Source of the DNA: Bdellovibrionales bacterium
Lineage (GTDB): Bacteria; Bdellovibrionota; Bdellovibrionia; Bdellovibrionales; UBA1609
Assembly: GCA_965219095.1 (NCBI GenBank)
Contig: OZ244719.1
Span: 192,001-256,000 of the forward strand
DNA length: 64,000 nt
Direction of reading: 5' to 3'
Position numbers and translations under genes: made by a program. The number at the start of each line of letters is the position of its first letter. Position 1 is the stretch's first letter. Below, one piece after another: positions 32,081 through 43,279 of the stretch. Under the pieces are notes generated by a model. It was not told the DNA's origin and made no database searches. It worked only from the letters and a program-made list of their open reading frames with translations.

Positions 32081-32237
32081 TTTTTATATTTTTTGTAAAT
32101 GGAGAAGTGTTTTTTCTTGACATACTTTTTAATAGACATTTTTATGTTCAAATTTAAAATTGACTTAAGGAAAAGCTTCAGTTAGGAGATTTTAAAAAAA
32201 CTTCTTTTGAGGGGAGGTTAAGTTTTCATAAGATATG

Positions 32238-32780
32238 GTAACTGCTCACTCTCGTAAGTTTTTATTTAAAGCCATAGAGATGGCTTCTAAAGAAGAATAC
32301 CCTCTATTTCTCATTGTTTTAACATAGCTGGTAATACGACAAAAATATTTCGCCATTTCTTCTGTTCTGAAACACCCTGACACTTTCTTTTTCACCTTAG
32401 TCATTCTTAGATTTCTTTCAGCTCTGTTATTAGTAGGATCTACGTTCTTTCTTTTAGCAAAACACAGTATTTCTGCTTCATACTTTTTAAATCGCAGCCA
32501 AAGGTTTTGAGCTTGTGTATGCTTTATTCGTCCTTTCTTGCCATTTTTTTTAGGAAATTCTGGAAGCTCTTTTAAGCCTTTTGTAAGAATACTCCTATAC
32601 CTTCTCTGAAGAGTTTCGTACTCTTTTTGAGTCAGAACTCTTGACTCTTTTTTATGAACTAACTCCACAGTCTCTTTAAGAAGTTTTTTGAGATTTGTAG
32701 CCCATTTGAATCCATTGCTTTCTTCTATAAATTTAAGCTCTCTCAAAAGGTGAGCCACACACAAAGCATGAGTTATCTTA
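32238..32780 (-). mobile_element. ISBst12-like IS66 3' fragment, truncated by an IS630-B left end
   Basis: Near-identical to the 3' part of 1999-3530; IS630-B IR at about 32781-32815. Confidence 0.9.
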
Positions 32781-32811
32781 TACCATTTCTAAAAATTAAT
32801 TCGACATTCTT

Positions 32812-34818
32812 TTAACTACTTTTTTTCCTAAAGAATCTTGTAATAATAGTCTCCGTGCCTTCATTCTCTTTTTTTCTGATAGCGTATTTGACAAACTCTA
32901 ATTCCTTTTTAGCTTGAACAAAATCAGGTTTTAACTCAATAGCTTTTTCTAGATATGTTTTAGTTTTTTTAAAGTCTTTCATTTGTTTGTAGTAAAGCCC
33001 TTTTATAAAATAGTATTTTTCTAAATTTATGTCTTTTTTCTTAAGAATTTTTAAGCGTCCATCAATTTGATCAAGAATCTTTTGAGAAAGGCGTTCTTTT
33101 AATACGTTTGCCTTTAAAAGATGAGAAAAAATCCACTGCATATTGAGTTCACTGTTTTTAGGAGTTAATTCCAAACCTTTTTCACAGAATTCAATAGATT
33201 TATTCCATTCTTTTTTCCTAATACAAAGAACGCTTTTTTCATAACACCCTTCTGCATACAGCCTCAATTTCCTTTGTTTGCTCTCATAAGCTTTTTCATA
33301 ATCAGCTTTTCTACTAGGATCAGTTAAAGTTTCGTAGGCTTCTTTAACAAGTTGAAATATCCTTTTGTTCAACTCTAGAACTTCTTTCTTTGTATCTATT
33401 GGCAATTTATCTACATGGTTATAATCTACAAACTCTCTATAAAGCTTTTTTAAATCCTCCGGAGAACTCTTAGAAGAAGCTCCAAAGTACTGAAAAATTT
33501 CATAAGGACTTCTGCCTTGGAATTTTTTAAACATCAACTCTAATCTTGGTTTAAAAATGTCTTTTTGCACTCCTCCAACATTCTTTAGAGTACTCTCTGG
33601 GTTTTTTATTTTCTTATCTACAACAAATTCAAGCACTCCCCTTAAAATTAAATAACCTAAATAAAACATAGCCTCTTCTGTTCTATCAGGAAAAGAAGAA
33701 ATAACCTTTGAAATTGACATATCTTTAGCTAAAACCTCTTTCATTTTTTTTGAAAATGGCCACCATAAATCCTCTTCTTCTAAAGAGATATCTTTTTTAA
33801 AAAAAACCTTTGCTGTAGAGAACTGTTTAAAAAACTCAAGCCAATAGTTACCTAGAAAGGACTGAGATACATTCTCTTTAAGAATCTGAGGCCAAAAGTT
33901 TTTTCTAAAAGGAAACTGAGAAGCCTCTGTTTCATGTTCGATCACTTTAAAATAAAACTGACTTTGATTCAAATATATTTTTTTTAAAGAATGATTAAAT
34001 TGAAATTCTCTGATTTTTTCTAAATGCTCTTTTTTCACTTTTTTATGTTTTTCTAAATTAACAATGATTTGTCTTTTATCAAGCACATTCCACTCTTCCT
34101 CAGATAAAATCTTGTTTTTAATGATAAGTTTAGAAAAAACTTCTTCTTGAGATTCAGTGCCTTTCATGTCATAAAGAAGGCCATTTTTAAAATAAATAAA
34201 AGAAGTAATGCTACCATCTTTTTTTGTAACCTTCAAGCAACCTTTTTTCTTTTGATTCAAATACAAACTTAAAATATAAAAAACATGGAAGCCTTTAAGA
34301 TCATCTTTGCCTTGAAAAAAACCCCCTTCTACTATTCCCTCCAAGAAGGTAGGATGAGAGAAAATTTGAGAAATACTTGTTTCTTGTTCTTCTTCTTTCT
34401 CAATATTTGAAAGAAAATTTTTTTTAAACTGTTTAAAAACATTTAATATCATTTCCGAAGTGATAGGTTTTTTAAAAAAAATATCATGAGGAAAAGATTT
34501 TACAAGACCTTCTTTCATAATTCCACTTAATAAGCAAATAAAGATAGCCTCGTTTTGTTTTTTAAGTTGTTTTGCTACCATCATACCGTTCATTTTAGGA
34601 AGAAGACAATCAATATAGCACAAGTGAAAAGGCCTCATGCGCATCCAATTTAAAGCTTTATAAGGATCACCTGAGACATAAACATTAACACCTTCTCTTT
34701 CCAAAGTTTTTTTAATGGCTTCAGCACTTTCTGAATGATCTTCTAAGACTAAAACATTGATTTTCTTTCCATTCATATAACAACTTATCGGACTGAATAG
34801 AAAAAAATTGACTGCCAT
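32812..34818 (-). CDS. response-regulator receiver / J-like domain / TPR protein (start may be ATG at 34776)
   Basis: VLVLED..IDCLLPKMNG..KP; LKKLYREFVDYNHVDK..FQLVKEAYETLTDPSRKADY; TPR-like C-terminus. Confidence 0.82.
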   Translation of the reverse strand: MAVNFFLFSPISCYMNGKKINVLVLEDHSESAEAIKKTLEREGVNVYVSGDPYKALNWMRMRPFHLCYIDCLLPKMNGMMVAKQLKKQNEAIFICLLSGIMKEGLVKSFPHDIFFKKPITSEMILNVFKQFKKNFLSNIEKEEEQETSISQIFSHPTFLEGIVEGGFFQGKDDLKGFHVFYILSLYLNQKKKGCLKVTKKDGSITSFIYFKNGLLYDMKGTESQEEVFSKLIIKNKILSEEEWNVLDKRQIIVNLEKHKKVKKEHLEKIREFQFNHSLKKIYLNQSQFYFKVIEHETEASQFPFRKNFWPQILKENVSQSFLGNYWLEFFKQFSTAKVFFKKDISLEEEDLWWPFSKKMKEVLAKDMSISKVISSFPDRTEEAMFYLGYLILRGVLEFVVDKKIKNPESTLKNVGGVQKDIFKPRLELMFKKFQGRSPYEIFQYFGASSKSSPEDLKKLYREFVDYNHVDKLPIDTKKEVLELNKRIFQLVKEAYETLTDPSRKADYEKAYESKQRKLRLYAEGCYEKSVLCIRKKEWNKSIEFCEKGLELTPKNSELNMQWIFSHLLKANVLKERLSQKILDQIDGRLKILKKKDINLEKYYFIKGLYYKQMKDFKKTKTYLEKAIELKPDFVQAKKELEFVKYAIRKKENEGTETIITRFFRKKSS

Positions 34819-34866
34819 TGTAAAAAAATCCCCTAACTTTAATCTAGATTTTAAAGTATTTTCTTT

Positions 34867-35319
34867 GTAAGTCGGTTATATGACCGCCCTTGACTTCTAC
34901 TGAGGAGGATATTTCTTAGATTTTAAAGGAGAAGTTTTTATTGATCTTGTTGTAAAACAGCGTTGTAAGACGTTTTCCTAAGGCCTTCCCCGTTACAAAA
35001 GTATTAGAGAAGTTCTTAAAAGAATAATTCTTAGTTTTTTTTCGTAATTTTGATTTTCTTTGTGCTTTATTCTTTAAGAACGAAGCTCACTTGTATACTC
35101 AAAAGGCGTTTTAATAGGTATCTTATCGAGGGAGTTTCCCACAACCATTAAAATATAGTCCTTAGGATCTAATTCCACCTTCTTACAACTTTCCACAATA
35201 CTGTAAAGTACTGATGCTGTTTCAACTCCTCTCTGAGTCCTTGACCCATGAAAGTTCTTTCTTCCCATCACAGAATGCCGAATCGTTCTTTCTGCTTCAT
35301 TGTTGATCATAGGAATTTT
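34867..35319 (-). mobile_element. classical IS66 right-end remnant
   Basis: Near-identical to about 11563-12015. Confidence 0.9.
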
Positions 35320-35796
35320 GTAACTGCTCACCTACATTGTTCAGTTATCCCTAACTTTAGACCTGTTTTAAGATAAAAGTCTTGCTCTTACAGATTTTCT
35401 TTTAAATACTCTTTTCAAATGACAATAAATAAGACCTCCATCAGAAATGAGATTGAAAATATAAGAAGTGACTTTGATAAGCTTGCAAAGAAAGGTTCTG
35501 TGCCTACTGAGATTTCTGTGGTTTTTGAATCTCTCTTTAAGGTTGTGAACATTCTGATTGTTGTGCTTTTAGAAAAACAGGTTCGAAAAAATTCCAGCAA
35601 CAGCGGTCTTCCTCCTTCGCAAGATTTTAGTCGTCAAGGGAATCGTAATAAGAAAGCTAGTGGGAGTCAAAAAAAGGGCTCTAGACTTGATAACAGTAAA
35701 GATACAAACAGTGAGGAGACTGTCTCTCCCTCAGAGTGTTCTCAGTGTGGGATGTGTTTAAAGACAGCAGAGGTAAAAAGCCTTGAGAAGCGTAAG
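35320..35796 (+). mobile_element. ISBst12-like IS66 5' fragment
   Basis: Near-identical to the start of 1999-3530; cut by IS3. Confidence 0.9.
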
Positions 35797-37047
35797 TGAT
35801 CTTCCCCCAAAAAAGTGGACAGTTTTTATGTTCTTAAAGCCCTCCTTTGTTTAAATTCTTTTGGGCTCATGTATTTCAAGGAAGAATGCATTCTTACCTT
35901 GTTATACCAATCCATGTAAATTGCAATTTTTTTTTCCAACTCTTCCTTTGTTGTACAGTCTTTGTATTCCAGTTCATCCTTCAACGTATGGAAAAAGCTC
36001 TCCACAAACGCATTATCATAACAATTTCCTTTCCTAGACATAGATTGCTTGAGGCCAAAGAATTTCAATTCTTTTCTAAACCCTTCACAACAATATTGAA
36101 CCCCTTGATCCGAGTGGATTATCAAGCCCTCTAAGTTCCCAGAAACAGATTGGACTGCGGCTCTCAGAGCCTGTTTTGAATGAACCCCGTCCAAGCTCTC
36201 ACAGAGCTTCCAAGACTTAATCTCTCGATTATAGACATCTAAAAATACAACCAAATACAGAAATTTATCTCTAAAAGGAATATAGGTTAAATCCGAACAC
36301 CATACCTGGTTTTCTTTTCCTGCTTGGCTCTGTCCTGTCTTAAACAACCGAGGAGACTTAATCATGAGAGGGTTATTCTTTGTTGTTCTAGGAACATAGG
36401 GTTTTTTCTGACGGGCACTGAGATTCTTTAGTTTCATAATTCGAGCTACTTTGTTTTCTCCAGCACTCACTCCGCAACGCTTTAATTCCCTATACACCCT
36501 GGGGGAACCATAACAGCCTTTATTTTTTTTAAAAATAGATTCTATGTTTTTCTCCAGATTTTTATCCTTTTCAAGCTTTCCCCTGGTTTTTAAAAAACTA
36601 TAAAAACCAGAACGAGATCCTCTTAATAATTCGCAAATGCGAAGCACTGGATGCCCTTTCTCTTTTACATAAAACATAGCCTTAAATCTCATTTCAGGAT
36701 TTCCTTTGAAAAAAAAGCCGCTGCCTCTTTCAATATACCTACACTCCGCCTCTCATAGACCAGCTCCTTTTTTAACCTCTTTATTTCCTCCAATGCCGAA
36801 GCCAAGTCATGGGAAGCTTGTCTTTCTACTTCAGGCTTTAGAAAACGCTTCCAAGAGCTTATCACTTGGAAATTTCTCAGTCCTAGCTTCTCTGAGGCTT
36901 CCTTTGCACCTATTTCCTCTGCCAATTCAATGGCTTGCTTTTTAAACTCTTCCGAGTACTGTTTTACTTTTTCCATTCTTTCTTTTACCTCCATTTTATG
37001 GAGACTTTAAGAGAAAATTGACTGTCCGCAGAAACAGGGGAAGTTCA
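35797..37047 (-). mobile_element. IS3 family element, copy 3 (no TSD, unrelated flanks)
   Basis: Near-identical to copies 1 and 2. Confidence 0.95.
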
Positions 37048-37771
37048 AGAAGTCTGCAGAGGAAGGCTTGGTTTTCACAGAGGAGCAGTTACAAGCCCTA
37101 GAGAAGAAGAAACAAGAGGATTTAGAGTGCGGAGAGGTAGAGACAGCTCATCCTGGTTATTTAGGCTCACAGGACACTTTTTATGTGGGAACTATGAAAG
37201 GTGTAGGACGTCTTTATCAACAAACCTTTGTGGACACTTACTCAAAAATTGCTTTCTGTAAGCTCTATAAAACGAAAACACCTATTACAGCAGCTGACCT
37301 TCTCAATGATAGAGTGTTTCCTTTTTTTGAAGACCATGATGTGCCCCTGCTTCGTATGTTAACAGATAGGGGTACAGAGTTCTGTGGAGTTCAAGATCGT
37401 CACGATTATGAGCTTTATTTGGCTATCAATGATATAGAGCACACAAAAACAAAGGCAAGACATCCTCAAACCAATGGCATCTGTGAAAGATTTCATAGAA
37501 CAATTTTAGAGGAGTTTTATCAAGTGGAGTTTAGAAAAAAAGTGTACAAAAGCATAGAAGAGTTGCAGTCTGACCTTGACTTGTGGCTTGTGAAATATAA
37601 TGAAAGGAGAACTCATCAGGGAAAAATGTGTTGTGGTCGAACACCTATGGAAACTTTCCTTGACGGAAAACAAAAAGTAAGGCAAAAGATGATTGAACAG
37701 AACGCAAACTGACAGACAGTTTTTTATCAACCCAGAAAGGGTAACTGTCAGATCATATAACGTCTATTACA
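37048..37771 (+). mobile_element. IS481 3' fragment
   Basis: HPGYLGSQDTFYVG, LTDRGTEFCG, PQTNGICERF; right end ..CTATTACA. Confidence 0.9.
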
Positions 37772-40686
37772 TCTGAGAACACCTTGTCTTTGTTTAACCA
37801 TGAGGTGGATGTTTTGCTTTATGATGTGACGACCTTGTATTTTGAGAGCTTCACAGAGGATGAGGTTCGCAGGTTTGGTTTTAGTAAAGATTGTAAATTT
37901 AAAGAGACACAGGTTGTTTTGGCACTTATGACAAACTCACAAGGGCATCCTATAAGCTATGAACTTTTTCCGGGCAATACAAGTGAGGGGGCTACACTGG
38001 TAGAGTCTATAAATAAGCTAAAGACTCGTTTTAATGTAAGAAGAGCTGTTTTAGTAGCTGATAGAGCTATGTTTGTAAGAAAGAATTTAGAGACTATGGA
38101 TAAGATGGGGATAGAGTCCTAAAATCCCGTTGAGTTATAACTAGGTTTGAGCTTTTTCAACAATTTAAACGCCGAAAAAATTTCTTTTTGACGTTTTGAT
38201 ACTTCGGCTAAAATGATCTTATCATTTGCAAGATGGTAAACTTTAAGTTGATCAAGTGTTCTAAATAACTCCTTTTTAGTAACTTTTTTGTACAACTTTT
38301 CCTGATTCATAATCTTATCAATATGAGAAATTAAAATCAAAGCTAAAAAGTTTATAAAAACACTTCCCTTCATTGAAGTGGATGATTTTACCCTACTCCT
38401 TTTTTCAAGAATATCGTGCTTAAAAGATCTAAATAATCTTTCTATCCCATCTCTACTACGATAAAGCGATAACACATCCTTCCGATCTAAACCCCTTTCA
38501 TTTGTAATAAAAATAAACTTTCCCATTTGCATAACTGCCTCTTTGAGGAAAACTTCATCTCTTTCTATAGTAACCCTTTTGTTTCTCTTCTTTACTTTAA
38601 AGAATCTTCTCTTTGACTTCATTGTTTCTTTAATATATTCTTCGGCACTTATTTCATCTTTAAAACCCTTCTCTGAAAAAATTGATTCCAAATATGACAT
38701 TTTTCTTATCAACAAACTCTCCTCCCTTGCTCTTCTTTCTTTATCTAAAAAAATATGTGCTACACACATAACTCCATTTATTTCTACCTTAGTCCTTACA
38801 TGAGAGTAAACATTTTCATTGTATAAAAAAGAGCAAATAGGTTTGCTGATTTCTTCATCAAAATCATAAACTAATTGTTTTGCTTTTCGTGTTGTAAAGA
38901 CCAGTGGTAGGAGGAATTTTAGCTCTTTGTTATTCATTTCTCGTATATTTTCCTTACTATAAAAACCTCTATCCATAACAAAATAATTAACATTAAGTTT
39001 ATAGTACTTAATCAGTTTAATTATGTTTTTTAAAGTTACTACATCCGATATACTTCCAGGATATATTCTATAAGCTAAAGGTAGTTGAATAGAGTTTTTC
39101 CCACGTCTACTGATAATCCCTAAATTTGTTTGACCGAGATTCTCCTTGTCACGGTTATAGCCACGTTCAACTAGTTCGTTATTTTTAGAATAAGAAGAAA
39201 TGGATGAAATATCAAACATAACTGAATATTTATTGTCCTGCTCATTAATCCAATTGCTAAAAAACACTTCAATTTGCTTTTCATTTTTTCCAATATCCAA
39301 GAGCATCTCACTTATTCTCTGGGAATCAAGCCCAATATTGGAAAAAGTATAGGTTTCCTCTTCCCATAGCGTGTATAAATAGTAAGGATCAGCTTGGATC
39401 ACTTTGTAAAATACAACAGAAAGGTATTTTTTGTAATCGTATGGAAAAACTTTTTTTAGAACTTTTGTTAAATTAATTTGATCAGATAGATTTTTAAGTA
39501 GAAAAAAACTGCCAAATTTATAGGAACCTTTAGGAACAATAGAGTTTTTAGAAGTTAAAACAATTTTGCCTGTTTTTTCATCCTTGCGTCCAAGATAAGT
39601 TCTTTTTTGTCTTGCTTGTTGCTTGGATTTATCCCAAAAGCTCTTGACTTCATAAACGTAAATTTTTCCTTTAATTTTTTGCTCGACTCTGTAACTCATA
39701 GTTATAATTATAACCATGGAAAAAGAGATTGCAAGAAAAAAATTTAAAAAAATCACCGTATTTTTAAGCACTTATAAGATTTTGTCAAAATCCTAGTTAT
39801 AACTTAACGGGATTTTAGGATAGAGTATGTTGTGGCTTCAAAGTTAAAATCCCTTTCTAGCAAGAAAAAAGAAGAGGTTTTAAGTTATAAAAACTATAAG
39901 CCCACCCAAGTGGCTTGTGATACATCTCATCTTTTTTGGGTGAAAGAGCTAGAGCATGAAGGAAAAAGATTGATAGTCAGTTATTCAAACAAAAGAGCCA
40001 AAAGAGATCAAAATCAAAGAGAGCGTTTGATCAATCGTTTGATGAAGAAAGTAAGAAACAAGGAGATTCCTGTGAGTCAGTTGATCTCCAATCATGGGAC
40101 CAAACGTTTTATTAAAGTTGACAATGTGAAAGTGAGCATAGATGAGGAGAAAATAGAAAAAGAAGCTTTGTGGGACGGTCTTCACGGAATTATAACAAAT
40201 GTTCAAAACAAGACAGCCAGTGAGCTTTTAAGTCGTTACAGAGATCTTTGGAGAATAGAAGAGGCTTTTAGAGTGAATAAGACGACGTTAAAGATGAGGC
40301 CTGTTTATCATTGGAAAAAAAGAAGAATAGAAACTCACATTGCCATTTGTTTTTTAGCCTATGCGATCTCTTACACAATGGTTTATAAACTCAAACAAGC
40401 AGGACTTAATTTAAGCTTTGAAAGAATGAGAAAGATCTTAAAAAGAGATCAGTACAGTATTTTAAAAGAAAAAAAGACGAAAAAACTTTATCGCCTTCCC
40501 TCAGGTTGTACAAAGGAAGTAGAAGAAATTTATAGTGCTTTTTCGCTTAAAAGAAACTCTTTTATGAGCCTCTTTTCCACAACATCTGCTGAATCTGCTG
40601 ACCTTTAAAAAACCCTTTCCTGTGGCCCCAAAAATTGTAACTATTTGAAATTATTCACTTGTTGCAGTGTGTTGTGTCGAAGTCAG
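37772..40686 (+). mobile_element. IS1634 element (5'-truncated), interrupted by a second IS1634-type element
   Basis: YDVTTLYFES, GFSKD, VADRAM..MGIE|YVVASKLK..LWRIEEAFR..MRPVYHW; ends in TCAGG. Confidence 0.88.
38118..39819 (-). mobile_element. IS1634-type element, intact; transposase 38119..39771 (likely start MSYRVEQ)
   Basis: 28-bp IRs CCTAAAATCCCGTT(G/A)AGTTATAACTAGG, 7-bp TSD ATAGAGT; FDISSISSYS, GYNRD, MDRGFYS, YRSRDGIE. Confidence 0.9.
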
Positions 40687-40774
40687 GACAAAACAGCTAA
40701 AATTTCAGGTTTTGAAAGTAGCTTTTTAAAGCTCTTTGAAGCCGATTTTTTGACCTGTAGCCTCATTTGTATTC

Positions 40775-40848
40775 TATAGTGAATACGCTTAGATTTTCCG
40801 GTCGATTCTTTAGAGAAAAAACATGAAAACCTAAACGGAAGCACTATA
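40775..40848. mobile_element. about 70-bp IS630-related miniature element, copy 2
   Basis: Two mismatches versus 23581-23654, different flanks. Confidence 0.7.
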
Positions 40849-41656
40849 TACCTAAAAGCTCCCCCCTTTTCTTTTATGGAGCGGTTTTTTTAACTTCAAG
40901 GGGTTTTGCATGGGTGTTTTTTTTCTTATTTCTTCGAACAAATAGAGCTTATCTTGACCGGACATGGAAAATTCCCCCCTCACTATAGGGAAGGTGCTAA
41001 CCCCTATGGGGGTTAAATTCCTTCTAAGTGATTAAATTTCTTTGTTTTTTTGTTTTTTAGCTTCTGAACTGGAAATGTTTAATTTTTTAGAAATCTTTCG
41101 TTCTGTCAAGCCTTTATAGAGACCATTTGAATCACACTTTTTTTTACTTGAAAGTAACTGAGAGTAGATTTTTTTAAGAAGCTGACTTAAAAAACTCATC
41201 TTTTAAAGCTGCTTTTGGATTTTCTTTTTGGCACTTCTTAAACCTCACATCGATACAATCCTGATTAGAAAGTGTTTCATCTCTTAAGCTCAAATAGGTG
41301 ATCTTCTGTTATAAGAGAAAGGGCTTTTTTGAAAATATCTTTGGCTTTGATTTTTCTACTATAAGGGATTTTACTAAGAACTCTTTTAATTTAAAAAAGC
41401 TCCATTTAACTTCTCAAATTAGAGCCCCCTCTTTACGATCGGTCAGAAAGCTTATGGAGGCTTTAGTACAAGGTAAGCTAGAGGGTGAGAGTCAATTGAT
41501 TTAATGTGCCTAACTTTTAGCCTAAGAAAGAAAATAAAAGTAGCTAAGAAGGTAGGAAGTAACAACTTAAAACATGGAAGAAGATAGAGTTTTTACTTAG
41601 CGATCGGAAAAAGACAGTAGAAGTTAGAAGCAAAAAACTTTCCAACAATTTGTTAA

Positions 41657-43226
41657 CTTAGTCGAACGTGAAAAATGCACAAACAGCTAAAAACACTTGT
41701 TTTTTTGTAATTTTTGCATAAAAATAATTGCAAGGAAGTGGAAAAACAGATAAAAAACCTTGCAAAACAGAAAGGAAAAAAGATGAGGCCAAAAGACATG
41801 TTCAGCACACAAAAGAGAAGCCCTCTTAATTTTAGAGTAAACGACATTGTTCATAAGAAGCATCCGCTTGTCATTTTAGCTAATAAAATAGACTGGGATC
41901 GTTTTGATAAAGATTTTGGTTCGAAGTATGATGAAAAAAAAGGTCGTCCAGGTCTTTCAACTCGTTTAATGGTGGGACTTCAGTGCTTGAAATACATTTA
42001 TAATTTAAGTGACGAGAAGACAATAGAAATGTTCAAAGAGAGTCCTCAATGGCAGTATTTTTGTGGTCAGCCTTTTTATTCTTATGAAGATCCCTGTGAT
42101 AGAAGTTCATTGACTAACTGGAGAAAGAGGATGGGGGCTGAGAAGATAGAAGTTCTCTTAGAGGAAACCATTGATTTAGCTTTGAGAGAGGGTTTTGTAA
42201 AAAAAAAAGAGTTTGAAAATGTAGTTGTTGATACAACTGTTCAAGAGAAAGCAATAGCTTTTCCTACAGACAGCCGTCTTTATTACAAAGCTTTAAAGAC
42301 TTTAGTTCACAGGGCTAAAAAAGAGGGTTTAGTTTTACGTCAAAGCTATAAAAGAAAGGCCAAGGAGTGTTTGTTTAAGAATGCTCGTTATGCTCATACA
42401 AGAAAAATACGTTTAGCAAGAAAACAGCAAAGAAAGCTTCATACTTATCTAGGTCGTGTGATAAGAGATGTTACAAGAAAAGGAGGTCCTAAGTTCTTGG
42501 AAGAGAATACATCTTTAAAAAGATGTTTATCTTTATGTGTAAGAATTTATAACCAAAAAAGAGGGGATAAGAACAAGGTGTATAGTGTTCATGCTCCTGA
42601 GGTTTATTGCATAGGGAAGGGCAAAGCCCATAAAAAATATGAATTTGGCAATAAGGTGAGTGTGACAACTTCATCAAAAAATTGCTTGGTTTTAGGGGTA
42701 AAGTCATTTGAAAAAAATGTATCAGATGTTCACAGTTTAAAGCCAGCCTTATCTCAAGTTGAATCCTTAACAAAGGTTAAGGCAAAAAATTTGTATGTAG
42801 ATAAAGGTTATCGTGGCAAAGAGCATCATCCTTCGGGAGTTAATGTTCATATTGGGGGAATGAGTAAAACATTAAGTCCCTACAAAAGAAAACTTCACAG
42901 AAGAAGAAGTTCAGTTGAGGCAATCATTGGTCATATGAAAATAGATTCTCGTATGGGAAGGAACTTTTTATTAGGATCACAAGGGGATGCTATTAATAGT
43001 CTTTTATCAGGAGTTTCTCAAAATTTTAGAAAGTTAATGCTAGAGGTGCGTCTTTTTTCGTTTTTTTCACTGAAATGGCTTAAAAGGCCTGTACGCCTTC
43101 TTGAAAACTACTGTTTTGTTTAAGTTATGAAAAAATATTTAACCCTCTATAGTAGAAAGTAACAGGAATAAAGATCATACAGCATAAAAATCCTAGGCTT
43201 TTGTCAATTTTTCACGTTCGACTAAC
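41657..43226 (+). mobile_element. IS5 family element, intact; transposase ending 43123 (likely start 41783)
   Basis: IRs TTAGTCGAACGTGAAAAAT, TSD TTAA; VDTTVQEK, CIGKGKAHKKYEFG, VDKGYRG, RRRSSVEAIIGHMK. Confidence 0.93.
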
Positions 43227-43279
43227 TTAAGCCTTTTGGAGATATCTTCCGTAACCTTATGCTATAAAAGAATGTCGAA

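Larger units (their letters stand above)
30877..32137 (+). mobile_element. IS110 family (IS1111 group) element, degenerate, inserted in an IS630-B right end
   Basis: GAC at both junctions; subterminal IRs ATCAAAAAG / CTTTTT(A/G)AT; removing it restores IS630-B ATTAATTCGACATTTT; long 3' non-coding region. Confidence 0.8.

Noticed and set aside
40940..41035. SAM-I or cobalamin riboswitch-like words (CTTATC, AAGGTGCTAA, TAGGGAA)
   Set aside because: Other conserved elements are missing and no downstream metabolic gene is present
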